54,860 nucleotides of DNA, taken from positions 1 to 54,860 of the IMG/VR virus record IMGVR_UViG_3300018041_000008; one strand, given 5' to 3'. This document shows, piece by piece, positions 18,983 through 28,349 of the stretch (position 1 is the stretch's first letter; each line of letters opens with the position of its first letter). Source of the DNA: a virus. Taxonomy: Duplodnaviria; Caudoviricetes. The position numbers and the translations under genes were made by a program. A model generated the notes under the pieces. It was not told the DNA's origin. It ran no database searches and worked only from the letters and a program-made list of their open reading frames with translations.

Positions 18983-19261
18983 TTATTTGTTGACGGCATT
19001 TACTTCCTCACATAGTTCTTTTTCTTCTAATACGTTAAGGGTTTTACAATCTTTCCCTGTAGCATGACTTATTGCATGATCGGTTAAAGATTTCTCTGTA
19101 GAAATAATGCTTACTGCTTCAGCTCCAGCTTTTACTCGTTCAGTAACTTCAACCGCTGTAACTACAGTACTACTGGTTCCTGCAGGGAGTAAAAAGGTAC
19201 ATCCACTAATTAAGAATGCGACTATCGTGATCAAATTTTTGAATATCATCCTTTCTCTCAA
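18983..19261 (-). CDS. Putative lipoprotein
   Basis: IVAFLISGC lipobox; KSLTDHAIS..TGKDC motif. Confidence 0.6.
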   Translation of the reverse strand: MRERMIFKNLITIVAFLISGCTFLLPAGTSSTVVTAVEVTERVKAGAEAVSIISTEKSLTDHAISHATGKDCKTLNVLEEKELCEEVNAVNK

Positions 19262-19427
19262 TCAGTTCATGAAGCAATTTATCAAAATCTTCTTCAGTCA
19301 TTAGTGTTTTATATAAAGACAAAGCTTGAGCCAACATAACGGATGCTGGTGGAAGTGGATCGTTAAGCTCTCGTGTTAATTTTTCAGTAAGAATAAGATA
19401 TTCACCATAAATCTGTTCAATTTCCAT
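19206..19427 (-). CDS. Hypothetical protein
   Basis: 73-aa ORF with AGGAG SD. Confidence 0.65.
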   Translation of the reverse strand: MEIEQIYGEYLILTEKLTRELNDPLPPASVMLAQALSLYKTLMTEEDFDKLLHELIERKDDIQKFDHDSRILN

Positions 19428-19435
19428 AACTTCTC

Positions 19436-19654
19436 CTAATAATCTAATCCAAATTTAATACAACCATTTGCATTCATACATGGCCAGTCAGAATATTCTC
19501 TGTAACCACATGATTGCCCGGTTATATACTCATTATATTGTTCTTCGTAAAAAATTGGTCTTGGTGCAGAGCAAGCACTAACCAAAAAACAACTCAAGAC
19601 TAGAAGACTCTTCGGCTTTCCAACCAATAGGTTGTATAACGATAGATAGTGCAT
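19436..19654 (-). CDS. Possible small lipoprotein overlapping the g43 3' end
   Basis: FLVSAC lipobox and Cys-rich tail; start uncertain. Confidence 0.4.
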   Translation of the reverse strand: MHYLSLYNLLVGKPKSLLVLSCFLVSACSAPRPIFYEEQYNEYITGQSCGYREYSDWPCMNANGCIKFGLDY

Positions 19655-22070
19655 CTAAAAATACCTTTTCAAATTGTAAATCATAATCAATGTAATCGTG
19701 TAATCCAAATTCTTTAGGAAGTTGTGAATTAAACGCAATAACATTCTCGTGGAATGGGTTTTGCTTTTTAAGATAAACAAATTTAATCTTATTACCATTC
19801 GTAATAGGTTCATACTTCTTAGTAAGACTCATCTTTTTAAGATAGTGGTTGTGAAGTAGTGCACCACGTACAGCAATCGGGGTACCTTTCTTATAGATGC
19901 CTTCCGTTCCTGAATATTGTGTAAGGGCAGATACTGATCTAGGGAATGCAATATCTTCTATAGGAAAGCTAAAGAATTCAGTTCTAAACTTTTCTACAAA
20001 TTGATAAAGTGATTGCTGATCCTCGTGTAAAATAACTTGAAGTGATTCGTAAAGTTTAGATCTTACTACAGCTGGAGTGGATGACTTAACCATTTCAAGA
20101 CCCATAACTTTAACTTTAGGTTTAGCATATTGTACACCTTCAGAGTTATGAACATTGAGTACATACCTTTTCTTAGCAACCCATATACCTTTGTCAGCAA
20201 GTACTTCACGTTTCATTTGCATCTTTTGCGAATAAGCATTAGTATAGTCAGATAGTTCTTGATATCCTTTATCGATAAACGGTTGAATAATCTTTTCACA
20301 GGCATTATCCATATACTTAATCTTTTCGACAGTGGTTTTACCTTCACATGTTTTTTCAACAAGTTTTTCTAGAGTAAGATAGATTGAATCGGTATCAATA
20401 CCGATGACATAGTCTTTATTATCAGTCTTTAAAGTTTTATTCATAAAGACATTAAGCTTATTTGCCATCCATCGAATAGACAATTGACCAGAAGTCGTAA
20501 TACCTTCAGCAATACGAAGATCATAATATCTAAAGTACTTATTACCGACAGCACCATAAGCTGAGTTCAATGCAATCTTCATTGCCATTTGAAGGTTAGT
20601 CAACCTCGATATCTCTTTAAGCAACACAGGATCTTTAGTCTTTTCGTATTCTTGTTCGACCTTTAGCATTTGCTTTTTAAACTTAGAACGATTGGTATAC
20701 ATTTCTTCCATAAGAGCAGGTAAGAAACCTTTAATATCTTTACGGTAACACCAACCATTTGCAGTAACCGCTAGATCTACAAGTTTATGTTTGTCTATAG
20801 GTTCACTGTTTAAGAGGGATTCAACATTAACATCCATTCGAATATCAGTCAGTGTTTCAGGTGACATGTTGTATTGCATAATCAAATGTGGATACAGACT
20901 GTTCAAATCGAATGAAGCAATCCACTTATGAGCACCGACTAAAGGATCTTTAACATATGCACCTTCGAATGCCTCGGACTTACCTTGATCTTCTTTTAAT
21001 GGTACAACAATCTTACGGTCTTTAAGATAATTATAGATGATCATATCCCACATACGTACAGGAGAATACACATCAACAAAATTTAATTTAGATGAAAAGG
21101 CAAGCGTGTATACTAATTCAATAAGCTTCATCTTGTCTTCAAGATGATCAACTAATTCAGTATCTCGTATGTTATAGTCTACAAAGATCTGCCAGTCTTT
21201 AGTATAAAAGTCTTTGAAGTTATCGTGTGGATTTTCTAGTTTATTAGATCCTAGTTCTACGTTTGCAATGTAGTCAAGACGATATGATTCTTGATTTTGA
21301 TAAGTAAACTTCTTATAAAGTTCTAAGTAATCAAGAGATGCAATACCAACAATCTCGTATGAATCAATAGACTGGCTGTGCGAATATACCGTTTTATCTT
21401 TTAACATATTCCACGGAGATAACTTGTTTGCAAAGATATCACCATGCACACGTTTAATTCTATTGACAAGATATGGAATATCAAAGCCATTAGTATTCCA
21501 ACCAGTAACTACATCAGGATAATTCTGCTGCCAGAAGATAATAAATTCTTTAAGTAGATGGCTCTCAGATGAGCATTGTACATACTTAACATCCGATCGG
21601 GTATTCTTATAGGCTTTAGCGCCAAAGGTTACAATCTGTTTGTGCTGATTATCTTTAATAGTAATGAGTAATATTTCCTCATTGGCAGTTTTAATATCAG
21701 GAAAACCTTCTTCGGTTGAAGTTTCAATATCAATTGAGAATACTTTAATTAATTCAGGGTCGTATTCAATATCCTTTTCCCAGAATTCAGAGATGAATTG
21801 ATATGTATATTGGGTTTGGCCAAAGATCTTAAATCCTTCGACTCCTTTATACCGATCAGTATAATCCCTAGCATCTCGAATTGAATCAAGTTTTATAGGA
21901 TGTACAGGAGTACCGTCTAATGTTTTCCACTTAGAAGGTTTTTGTGTAGTTGTTTGAATAAAAAGTGTAGGAGAAAAGTTTGCTTTTGTTTTATACGCAA
22001 CACCATTACGGTATCCACGAACAAGCAAACTGTTTCCATAGGGAACTACGGATGTATAGAAGTTTTTCAT
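19578..22070 (-). CDS. 43: Family B DNA polymerase gp43
   Basis: DIETS exonuclease, SFDLNSLYPH, KIALNSAYG, IDTDSIY. Confidence 0.98.
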   Translation of the reverse strand: MKNFYTSVVPYGNSLLVRGYRNGVAYKTKANFSPTLFIQTTTQKPSKWKTLDGTPVHPIKLDSIRDARDYTDRYKGVEGFKIFGQTQYTYQFISEFWEKDIEYDPELIKVFSIDIETSTEEGFPDIKTANEEILLITIKDNQHKQIVTFGAKAYKNTRSDVKYVQCSSESHLLKEFIIFWQQNYPDVVTGWNTNGFDIPYLVNRIKRVHGDIFANKLSPWNMLKDKTVYSHSQSIDSYEIVGIASLDYLELYKKFTYQNQESYRLDYIANVELGSNKLENPHDNFKDFYTKDWQIFVDYNIRDTELVDHLEDKMKLIELVYTLAFSSKLNFVDVYSPVRMWDMIIYNYLKDRKIVVPLKEDQGKSEAFEGAYVKDPLVGAHKWIASFDLNSLYPHLIMQYNMSPETLTDIRMDVNVESLLNSEPIDKHKLVDLAVTANGWCYRKDIKGFLPALMEEMYTNRSKFKKQMLKVEQEYEKTKDPVLLKEISRLTNLQMAMKIALNSAYGAVGNKYFRYYDLRIAEGITTSGQLSIRWMANKLNVFMNKTLKTDNKDYVIGIDTDSIYLTLEKLVEKTCEGKTTVEKIKYMDNACEKIIQPFIDKGYQELSDYTNAYSQKMQMKREVLADKGIWVAKKRYVLNVHNSEGVQYAKPKVKVMGLEMVKSSTPAVVRSKLYESLQVILHEDQQSLYQFVEKFRTEFFSFPIEDIAFPRSVSALTQYSGTEGIYKKGTPIAVRGALLHNHYLKKMSLTKKYEPITNGNKIKFVYLKKQNPFHENVIAFNSQLPKEFGLHDYIDYDLQFEKVFLDALSIVIQPIGWKAEESSSLELFFG

Positions 22071-22076
22071 AATATA

Positions 22077-22105
22077 ATTATATCTTGTAACTCAATTAAA
22101 GTACA
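22077..22105 (-). promoter_or_regulatory. Early-type promoter for g43
   Basis: TGTACTTTAATT..TATAAT. Confidence 0.8.
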
Positions 22106-22108
22106 ATG

Positions 22109-22453
22109 TTATTTTGGTTTTTCTACAGCCTCAAAATCTTCTAGTGGTAAAATACTAAAATCACCGTTTTGCCAATCAATCCGAACTAACTCAGGATGAT
22201 TTGGTTCTTCTGTCCAGCATCCAGGAATATATAAACCATCTAACCTTTGTGCTGAAGCTTTCTTACCAATAGGATTCATATCACAAGGAAGTTTTGTTGA
22301 TAATACAACTCGTAAATTTTCAAACAAATGATTCACTAATAGGTCAGGAGTATCATCTTTAGTTTCTGCTTTAACATTATTAAGATTTAAACATATTGCA
22401 GCAACTGTTACACATAAGATAGTTATAATAAAGCTTTTAAGTTCATCATTCAT
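22109..22453 (-). CDS. Putative secreted/periplasmic protein
   Basis: N-terminal hydrophobic segment; C...GCW motif. Confidence 0.6.
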   Translation of the reverse strand: MNDELKSFIITILCVTVAAICLNLNNVKAETKDDTPDLLVNHLFENLRVVLSTKLPCDMNPIGKKASAQRLDGLYIPGCWTEEPNHPELVRIDWQNGDFSILPLEDFEAVEKPK

Positions 22454-22815
22454 AATGTAGGTTCCGTATCTAATGAACGGCGATTAAATAAATCTACTGG
22501 GAACGTAACTTTTTCTCCAGTTTCAAAATACATATTAACCACTGGGATGATTGATGTACCTGGTATTTTTGGAGCGGACTCTATAGACGGCATTACCCAA
22601 CAAGCATGATGAGTTATAAATTTGCTACCAACTTTTTCTGTAGCATATCCGTAATATGGAAAGCTTTCTCCTACTGTGTCGTTACCACATTTTTTAAGTG
22701 TTAGTACAATTTCTCCAGCAGCTTGATTCTCAAAGAATAACTCTCCAGGTATAATAGGTTCATTTGCATAGGTGTTAAATGAAAGTGTTGCTAGTATTAA
22801 GGTTAGATATCTCAT
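22450..22815 (-). CDS. Putative secreted protein
   Basis: Signal peptide MRYLTLILATLSFNTYA; NQAAGEIVLT..C...ACW; late box TATAAATA at 22850-22857. Confidence 0.6.
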   Translation of the reverse strand: MRYLTLILATLSFNTYANEPIIPGELFFENQAAGEIVLTLKKCGNDTVGESFPYYGYATEKVGSKFITHHACWVMPSIESAPKIPGTSIIPVVNMYFETGEKVTFPVDLFNRRSLDTEPTL

Positions 22816-22889
22816 ACAATATCCTTATAGTATTTTACTTCTAATAATATATTTATATAATACCATACCTTGTTACATTACTTTTACAT

Positions 22890-23144
22890 TTACCTTGTAT
22901 AGATGTAAACATCCAGTTTAGATGCATTTGCAATTCCACCGACAATATTACCACCCCAATCATATGAGTATCTGCCAGTTTTTACAATCGGCTTTCTTCC
23001 TCTAAGAACAACGCGAAGCTTTCTGTTATTAAAAATAGATCTATTTGAAATACGAATGGTGTCTTTGATTTCATTTAATTGTATCATATCAGATGCTGAG
23101 TTAATATCTAACGTTGTTAAGTAGTTGTTTGAAATTCTTTTCAT
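22890..23144 (-). CDS. Hypothetical early protein (start MKRISNN)
   Basis: GGAGAGAG SD of the repeated leader lies just upstream of ATG at 23144. Confidence 0.65.
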   Translation of the reverse strand: MKRISNNYLTTLDINSASDMIQLNEIKDTIRISNRSIFNNRKLRVVLRGRKPIVKTGRYSYDWGGNIVGGIANASKLDVYIYTR

Positions 23145-23183
23145 TTTTGCTCTCTCCATTTAATCAATCTATAATTAATTATA
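23142..23183 (-). repeat. Promoter/RBS leader repeat, copy 1 (-10 and SD part only)
   Basis: catttttgctctctccatttaatcaatctataattaattata, also at 23601 and 27420. Confidence 0.85.
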
Positions 23184-23255
23184 GTATTACCTCCTCGATA
23201 AAAGCTCCAATTCCTAAAACCAACAAAAAACTAAATGTAAAAATTAATAAAGCCA

Positions 23256-23603
23256 TTATACAGTCTCCAGTAGTTTAAATCCAATATCATCAACTTCATA
23301 CTCAGTTCCATTATCAAGAATCATTCGATCTCCAACAGATGTAGAACGAATTCCATAAATATTGCCATCTTTATCAGCTTTTAATTCTTTTAAAACACTA
23401 ACTGATTCACAATAATCTTCATTCTCAATAACTTCACCATCATTTGTCGTAAAAACTTCTTTACGAGACCATGATCCGAAAGCATTTTGAGTTTTTGCAT
23501 ACGCATAGTTAAGTGATTCCATAACATCAGTTGTTGGTGCTTCAACCATTGCTACCATTTCTGATGGTTTTCTAAATCCAGTGTGAATTATTGTAATGTT
23601 CAT
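23256..23603 (-). CDS. Hypothetical early protein
   Basis: 115 aa; RSTSVGD motif. Confidence 0.7.
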   Translation of the reverse strand: MNITIIHTGFRKPSEMVAMVEAPTTDVMESLNYAYAKTQNAFGSWSRKEVFTTNDGEVIENEDYCESVSVLKELKADKDGNIYGIRSTSVGDRMILDNGTEYEVDDIGFKLLETV

Positions 23604-23678
23604 TTTTGCTCTCTCCTCATTTAATCAATCTATAATTAATTATACACCGAATACTAATTAAAGTACACAGTTATTTTA
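23601..23678 (-). repeat. Promoter/RBS leader repeat, copy 2 (includes promoter 23639-23667)
   Basis: Near-identical to 27420-27494. Confidence 0.85.
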
Positions 23679-23850
23679 ATTAAATAAATTGTTTTTGAGT
23701 TTGAGGTAAAGGCCGTTGGTCGACCTCAATGAGTTCGGGGGTGGGAGGATAATATTCTTTTTGTTCTTTAGGTTCTAACCAGATAGTATCTAAACAATAT
23801 AATAATAGCCAAGTTGCAAGGGTTTCCATAATATAGTCTCCATAATAAAA

Positions 23851-24012
23851 TTAAACACAGTCGCTATAAGCGTCAATCCATTTGTTTTTAAATTCAGATT
23901 CTTGTTGTGGAGGATGTTCAGTTTTATTACCAATTTTCATTGCGGTATCTTCCATTGATTCAGATTCTGTCTTTGTTTCAGTAAATCCGTCTTTTTCTGG
24001 GCTATCAGGCAT
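23851..24012 (-). CDS. Small acidic hypothetical protein (likely start MPDSPEK)
   Basis: GGAG SD upstream of ATG at 24012. Confidence 0.5.
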   Translation of the reverse strand: MPDSPEKDGFTETKTESESMEDTAMKIGNKTEHPPQQESEFKNKWIDAYSDCV

Positions 24013-24484
24013 TTTGTTTCTCCGTTTTTTTAGGAAAACTAACCCAATCAACATCCTCATCTGTCATAGGTTGCCAATATGTTTTCATTAATATTTCCTT
24101 TTGGGTTTTAATTATAAAATAGGCTTTTGGCCTATAGTTATTTATAATCATTACTATTCATAAAATCATTAATTACTTGATTTATTTTCCTTCTTAATTC
24201 TGCATCGTCTGATAAATTAATAATAGTTCTTATATTAACTATTAAGCTTAGTATGCTCATTTTGTTTTTAGTGTTTTTAGATGTTTCCATAATTTTAAAT
24301 ATGATAACGTTCTTTTAGGTTCGTGTATAGGGTGCGGAAGTGTTCCAAAATACTTTAACATTTCTTCGTATATTTCTTCAAAACGGTCCAAATAAGTATA
24401 CTCCTATAACAAAAATAATTGCATATATTAAACTCACTTTTAAGTTAGGCGTATCTTCTCTGTAGAAGATTGGTTTGTCTTTTT

Positions 24485-25546
24485 TCATCTTGGCTCCACA
24501 ATTAATGTTTCAATATTAGCAGCAATATCAGCATTAATATCTAATAGTACTGTAAAAACTCTTTCGGCATCTGAATAGATAATATATCCAGGTTGATCAA
24601 ATGTTATTTTTGAAAACAAACGCTTTTTAGTTTGACCTTTATGCATCGTTTCATACATGTTATCCGATTTAATATTTATACGATGATTAAATATTTCTTT
24701 ACCATCTTTATCTTTACCAATAATTGATATAGGCATCTCAGAATATATTGGCATCTTTTTAAATCCACCTGCTAAATCATAACAATAGTCTACACTCTTA
24801 AATACAGTTTTAGCAAAACATACCATAGACGTATTGTCTGTTGGATAGTCTACTTTTATTGCTGAGTGTGCAACACTTCCAAGTACTGCACCAACTGGTC
24901 CATAAGCGTTTAGTATATTAAATGCACCTGAAGCAATATTATCATTTAAATCTGTATGTGTTTTACCTTCGTCTTGAGTTGAAAGTACAAATGTTTCTAG
25001 ATCACTAACCCATTTAGGTTGCCATTGAATCGTACCATTTATTATAAATTGGTATTTGCGTTCTTTTGGATCTATACGAACTGAATTAATCTTCATATTA
25101 AATGCTTTACGAGGATCGTCTAACTCTTCTATGATAGCTCTTCTGCTATTATAGTTATCAATTTGTGGCTTAAATTGAGACATATCAATTGTATTGCCAC
25201 CTACATGTAAACTATTATCCTTAATACGTTCAACATCAGCTTTAATGGTTACTCGATCATTCTTATATTCAAGTACATCATATGATTTAATATAACCACC
25301 ATGATATTCTTTAACTTTTTCAAAAACCGAATCATCAGTCTGCCATTCTCTACCACCGATAATAAATGTACCAACAACATTTTCAATGGCAGCTAATTTA
25401 GCATTCCTTACAGCTGATTCAAAATCATCTCCATATCCATCTACAGTTACTACTTCTGCAGAAAGTGCTGAAGCGTATAATAAACTACTCAGTATACAGA
25501 ATTTCTTCAGTAATCTCATCGGTTTTTTCATAAGTGTCCTCAACAT
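24485..25546 (-). CDS. Secreted protein with LPP20/FlgT-N-like N-terminal domain
   Basis: Signal peptide; VTVDGYG...AVRNAKLAAIENVVGTFI...GYIKSYDVLE. Confidence 0.6.
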   Translation of the reverse strand: MLRTLMKKPMRLLKKFCILSSLLYASALSAEVVTVDGYGDDFESAVRNAKLAAIENVVGTFIIGGREWQTDDSVFEKVKEYHGGYIKSYDVLEYKNDRVTIKADVERIKDNSLHVGGNTIDMSQFKPQIDNYNSRRAIIEELDDPRKAFNMKINSVRIDPKERKYQFIINGTIQWQPKWVSDLETFVLSTQDEGKTHTDLNDNIASGAFNILNAYGPVGAVLGSVAHSAIKVDYPTDNTSMVCFAKTVFKSVDYCYDLAGGFKKMPIYSEMPISIIGKDKDGKEIFNHRINIKSDNMYETMHKGQTKKRLFSKITFDQPGYIIYSDAERVFTVLLDINADIAANIETLIVEPR

Positions 25547-25652
25547 AAGTTTTTGCAGATTCTAGTCCTGATATCATTTTACTTATAGATTCAGATACGC
25601 CATACATTCCAAAGTAAAATCCTAAAGCAAATATAACAATGAGTTGTACCAT
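25485..25652 (-). CDS. Small membrane protein (likely start MVQLIVIF)
   Basis: TM segment; GGAG SD upstream. Confidence 0.5.
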   Translation of the reverse strand: MVQLIVIFALGFYFGMYGVSESISKMISGLESAKTYVEDTYEKTDEITEEILYTE

Positions 25653-25653
25653 A

Positions 25654-26328
25654 TTATACTCCGTCCATTTGAGCTCTGATAACATGAGCAGCATTAATAG
25701 TTTTCTTAGATACACGTACTGTTACTGCAACCATATCTACATTTGGATTAATTGCTCGTACACTAATAACTGCACCTTTTAATATTCCATTAGTACTTTC
25801 ATTGATGGTTTGCTTAACACTTTGTGCAACCTTTGTAGCTCTATTGCGTTCTTCTTGATTAGCAACACTATTCACTAATTTGTTTTCAGTAACAGCATCA
25901 CCAAAGATATCATTCTCAGTTACAGGAACTGTATCATCACTACTACCATTTTTAACAACATCATTTAATATTGTTTTAGATACATTCTCAACAAACTTTT
26001 CTGTTTTAACTGAGTTGTTTAAGAATTCAACTAGATTTGCACGAGCTCTCATTGAAGCAACTAAAAAAGCTTCTTCTCTAGAGTTGGCATGATTAAAATT
26101 AACTGGTGATGTTGCGGTAGATTCAATGGTTAACCATTCAGCTCCGTTTTCATCAAACTCCAATGTAATTTTTCCACTATCTTCTAAGAACGTTACTTCT
26201 TGTTCTTTGATTTCAGGAGCAGCCTCGAGTGGGTTTTCAATAACTGTTACTGTTTCTTTCTGTTCTAACATCGAGCAACCAGTTGCAAAAACAATTGCTA
26301 CTGCTGCTACTATAGGTTTCAACTTCAT
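25654..26328 (-). CDS. LPP20-like lipoprotein
   Basis: VFATGC lipobox; A.MRARANLVEF...GILKGA...VAVTVR. Confidence 0.7.
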   Translation of the reverse strand: MKLKPIVAAVAIVFATGCSMLEQKETVTVIENPLEAAPEIKEQEVTFLEDSGKITLEFDENGAEWLTIESTATSPVNFNHANSREEAFLVASMRARANLVEFLNNSVKTEKFVENVSKTILNDVVKNGSSDDTVPVTENDIFGDAVTENKLVNSVANQEERNRATKVAQSVKQTINESTNGILKGAVISVRAINPNVDMVAVTVRVSKKTINAAHVIRAQMDGV

Positions 26329-26582
26329 ATACTTCTCCTTGCGATTAAAATATCTAAATCTGATGTAGTTAATGGTCCAATAGAATCTATTGCTTTTCTA
26401 TCAGGCATTTCTAAATCAATCCACTTTTCCCAATCATTTTGCCTTGGAATATCATACGGTGACCAATCCATCCAAATCGAATGACCATCTTTTATTGCAT
26501 AGTGCAATATCTTTGCGTTATCGTCTTCAATTAATAATTCACTATCGTACGAATAACCTTTATATGATTCTGGATGAAACAT
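26325..26582 (-). CDS. Hypothetical protein
   Basis: 85 aa, GGAGG SD. Confidence 0.65.
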   Translation of the reverse strand: MFHPESYKGYSYDSELLIEDDNAKILHYAIKDGHSIWMDWSPYDIPRQNDWEKWIDLEMPDRKAIDSIGPLTTSDLDILIARRSI

Positions 26583-26758
26583 TATTTAATTCCTCCTGGA
26601 GGTGTTAAATCGGGTGTAATACAATGTGCAGCTTTTGCTTTAGGATAAAGATTGTGAACCACAGCCATACCTTGTTCACATGTTGCAAACTCACCAACTA
26701 CGATCGGATATCCATTGTATGGTACTGCCATCCATACATATACAATAAACGTTAGCAC
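26582..26758 (-). CDS. Small hypothetical protein (58 aa, GTG start; not in track)
   Basis: MLTFIVYVWMAVPYNGYPIVVGEFATCEQG...; fills the gap exactly, coupled at both ends. Confidence 0.55.
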   Translation of the reverse strand: MLTFIVYVWMAVPYNGYPIVVGEFATCEQGMAVVHNLYPKAKAAHCITPDLTPPGGIK

Positions 26759-27111
26759 TATCCTCTCCTCATTTTAGCTTGATCTTCTGCATCTTCTTGT
26801 CGAAATACTGGGACTGAATTAGATTTATGCAATTGACCGATACCGATCATACTATTACCAGTATAATATTGCGGATTTTTTTTAGTAGTTGAACCAAGGT
26901 TAGAATTTTTACTTGGATATTGTTTAGTTTCTCGGTGGAATATTCCAGATGCAACAAGATTAAACTGAGTTTCTATAGGTTTGATTTCAACCTTAGAAGG
27001 TTTAGTTTGTGGTTTAGCCTTTTTACTTTTACGTAAAGGCTTGTACGTATTATTCACATATATCATCATAATAACTTCCTCACTTTTGCATTTAATATAA
27101 CCATTATACAA
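26758..27111 (-). CDS. Conserved T4-like hypothetical protein (true start about 27069)
   Basis: YTG..MIGIGQLHKSNSVPVF...AKMRR motif; track start overlaps promoter 27103-27131. Confidence 0.7.
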   Translation of the reverse strand: MYNGYIKCKSEEVIMMIYVNNTYKPLRKSKKAKPQTKPSKVEIKPIETQFNLVASGIFHRETKQYPSKNSNLGSTTKKNPQYYTGNSMIGIGQLHKSNSVPVFRQEDAEDQAKMRRG

Positions 27112-27131
27112 CGAACACTAATTAAAGTACA
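27103..27131 (-). promoter_or_regulatory. Early-type promoter
   Basis: TGTACTTTAATT..TATAAT. Confidence 0.8.
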
Positions 27132-27136
27132 CTCTT

Positions 27137-27256
27137 TTATGAGTTATTTGACATCTGCTGACGTGCATATAATTCAGCCTCTTCTGGACTAAGTCCTTCA
27201 TCCAGACCTTGTTCGTAGTACATTTCTAGTAATTCTGTGTTAGGATCAAAGCTCAT
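27137..27256 (-). CDS. Small acidic protein (39 aa; not in track)
   Basis: MSFDPNTELLEMYYEQGLDEGLSPEEAELYARQQMSNNS; GGAG SD. Confidence 0.55.
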   Translation of the reverse strand: MSFDPNTELLEMYYEQGLDEGLSPEEAELYARQQMSNNS

Positions 27257-27257
27257 A

Positions 27258-27422
27258 TTATTTTCTCCAGGCAGCAAGAGTTATTTTAGCTTCTTTATTA
27301 AACTCAGCATTAGTACATTCAGAAAAATCGAATCCAGAGGCTTCCATTCTACCTTGAATCTGTAGTGCATCTTCAACCTTAATACCTAATAATTTTGCAA
27401 TGTCCATAGTTACTTTATTCAT
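27258..27422 (-). CDS. Small early protein (54 aa; not in track)
   Basis: MNKVTMDIAKLLGIKVEDALQIQGRMEASGFDFSECT...; directly after the repeated promoter/SD. Confidence 0.65.
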   Translation of the reverse strand: MNKVTMDIAKLLGIKVEDALQIQGRMEASGFDFSECTNAEFNKEAKITLAAWRK

Positions 27423-27494
27423 TTTTACTCTCTCCATTTAATCAATCTATAATTAATTATACAATAAATACGAATTAAAGTACACAGTTATTTT
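27420..27494 (-). repeat. Promoter/RBS leader repeat, copy 3 (includes promoter 27456-27484)
   Basis: Near-identical to 23601-23678. Confidence 0.85.
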
Positions 27495-27813
27495 AGCTAA
27501 TTGGCATTTCATTTGCACCAGCTATTACTATACCAGCACCGAATATGGAATTGTATTGATTGAGCATTTCTTTACCAGGAACACCAAACGAGGCCACAGC
27601 AGCATCTCTGATCTCGATATCACCTTCAACGTATGGCATATATGGAGCTAATCCAGCACCTAAACCTTTTTCTGTTTGCTGATATATGATTGAAGTTGCA
27701 TTTTTTACTACATGTAAAGCATCTATTGTTGTTACTTCACCAATAACTTCTTCACCACTCATTAATTTCAAAATTTTAACATTACTCATATGTATCCCTA
27801 TAGTCTTTTTCAA
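27493..27813 (-). CDS. Sm-like fold phage protein (likely start MSNVKI near 27789)
   Basis: KILKLMSGEEVIG...LAPYMPY...YNSIFGAGIV. Confidence 0.65.
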   Translation of the reverse strand: MKKTIGIHMSNVKILKLMSGEEVIGEVTTIDALHVVKNATSIIYQQTEKGLGAGLAPYMPYVEGDIEIRDAAVASFGVPGKEMLNQYNSIFGAGIVIAGANEMPIS

Positions 27814-28006
27814 TTAGAAAGTCTAGATAAAATAATGCAGTATCTAGGTCTGCAAAGTATCGTACAAAGAATCCTTTAGGCTTTTGTACATTATTTCCTA
27901 CAACTAAACAGCCAGTCTTATTAACCACTGATATTTTAAATTGATAATTGCCACGCTTTAAAAATGGATATGATGTTAAGTGTATACTGTTTGGTCTGTC
28001 TGACAT
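27782..28006 (-). CDS. Hypothetical protein
   Basis: 74 aa, coupled to trx stop. Confidence 0.6.
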   Translation of the reverse strand: MSDRPNSIHLTSYPFLKRGNYQFKISVVNKTGCLVVGNNVQKPKGFFVRYFADLDTALFYLDFLIEKDYRDTYE

Positions 28007-28320
28007 TATGTATTTGTGTCTAGAAATACTTGTAATTCAGAATCTTTAAGATACCCAGTTTTTGTAGCAACTGTAGTATCATCATTAGTTAATACTAAAT
28101 TTGGTACACCTCTAACATTATGCTGGATTGCTATGTCTTGGAATTTTTCAATGTCAATTTTAACTACTGGAATATCACTTGCATATGTTTCCAATACGGT
28201 TGCCATCATCTTACACGGTTGACACCATGTTGCATAAAAGTCTAATAAGACAAATCCTTTTTGCAATTCTGCTAGTTGGTCGGCTGATTCTAATTCTGTT
28301 ATTTTCAATACGTTCTCCAA
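28006..28320 (-). CDS. trxA: Thioredoxin
   Basis: DFYATWCQPCK, VRGVP. Confidence 0.9.
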   Translation of the reverse strand: MENVLKITELESADQLAELQKGFVLLDFYATWCQPCKMMATVLETYASDIPVVKIDIEKFQDIAIQHNVRGVPNLVLTNDDTTVATKTGYLKDSELQVFLDTNT

Positions 28321-28345
28321 AAAGAAGGGGAGACATGCTCCCCAT
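28319..28345 (-). terminator. Terminator-like hairpin after hsp20
   Basis: GGGGAG-CATGT-CTCCCC followed by TTCTTTTT. Confidence 0.65.
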
Positions 28346-28349
28346 TCTA

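Noticed and set aside
22882-23242. 11-bp inverted repeats (TTTTACATTTA/TAAATGTAAAA) flanking a small gene, MITE-like
   Set aside because: Very AT-rich so plausible by chance; no target duplication or transposase
23700-23750. G-rich tract and hairpin as possible ncRNA
   Set aside because: Explained by Pro-rich codons of a small minus-strand ORF
23142-27494. CRISPR array
   Set aside because: Repeats are dispersed, irregularly spaced and consist of promoter/RBS sequence
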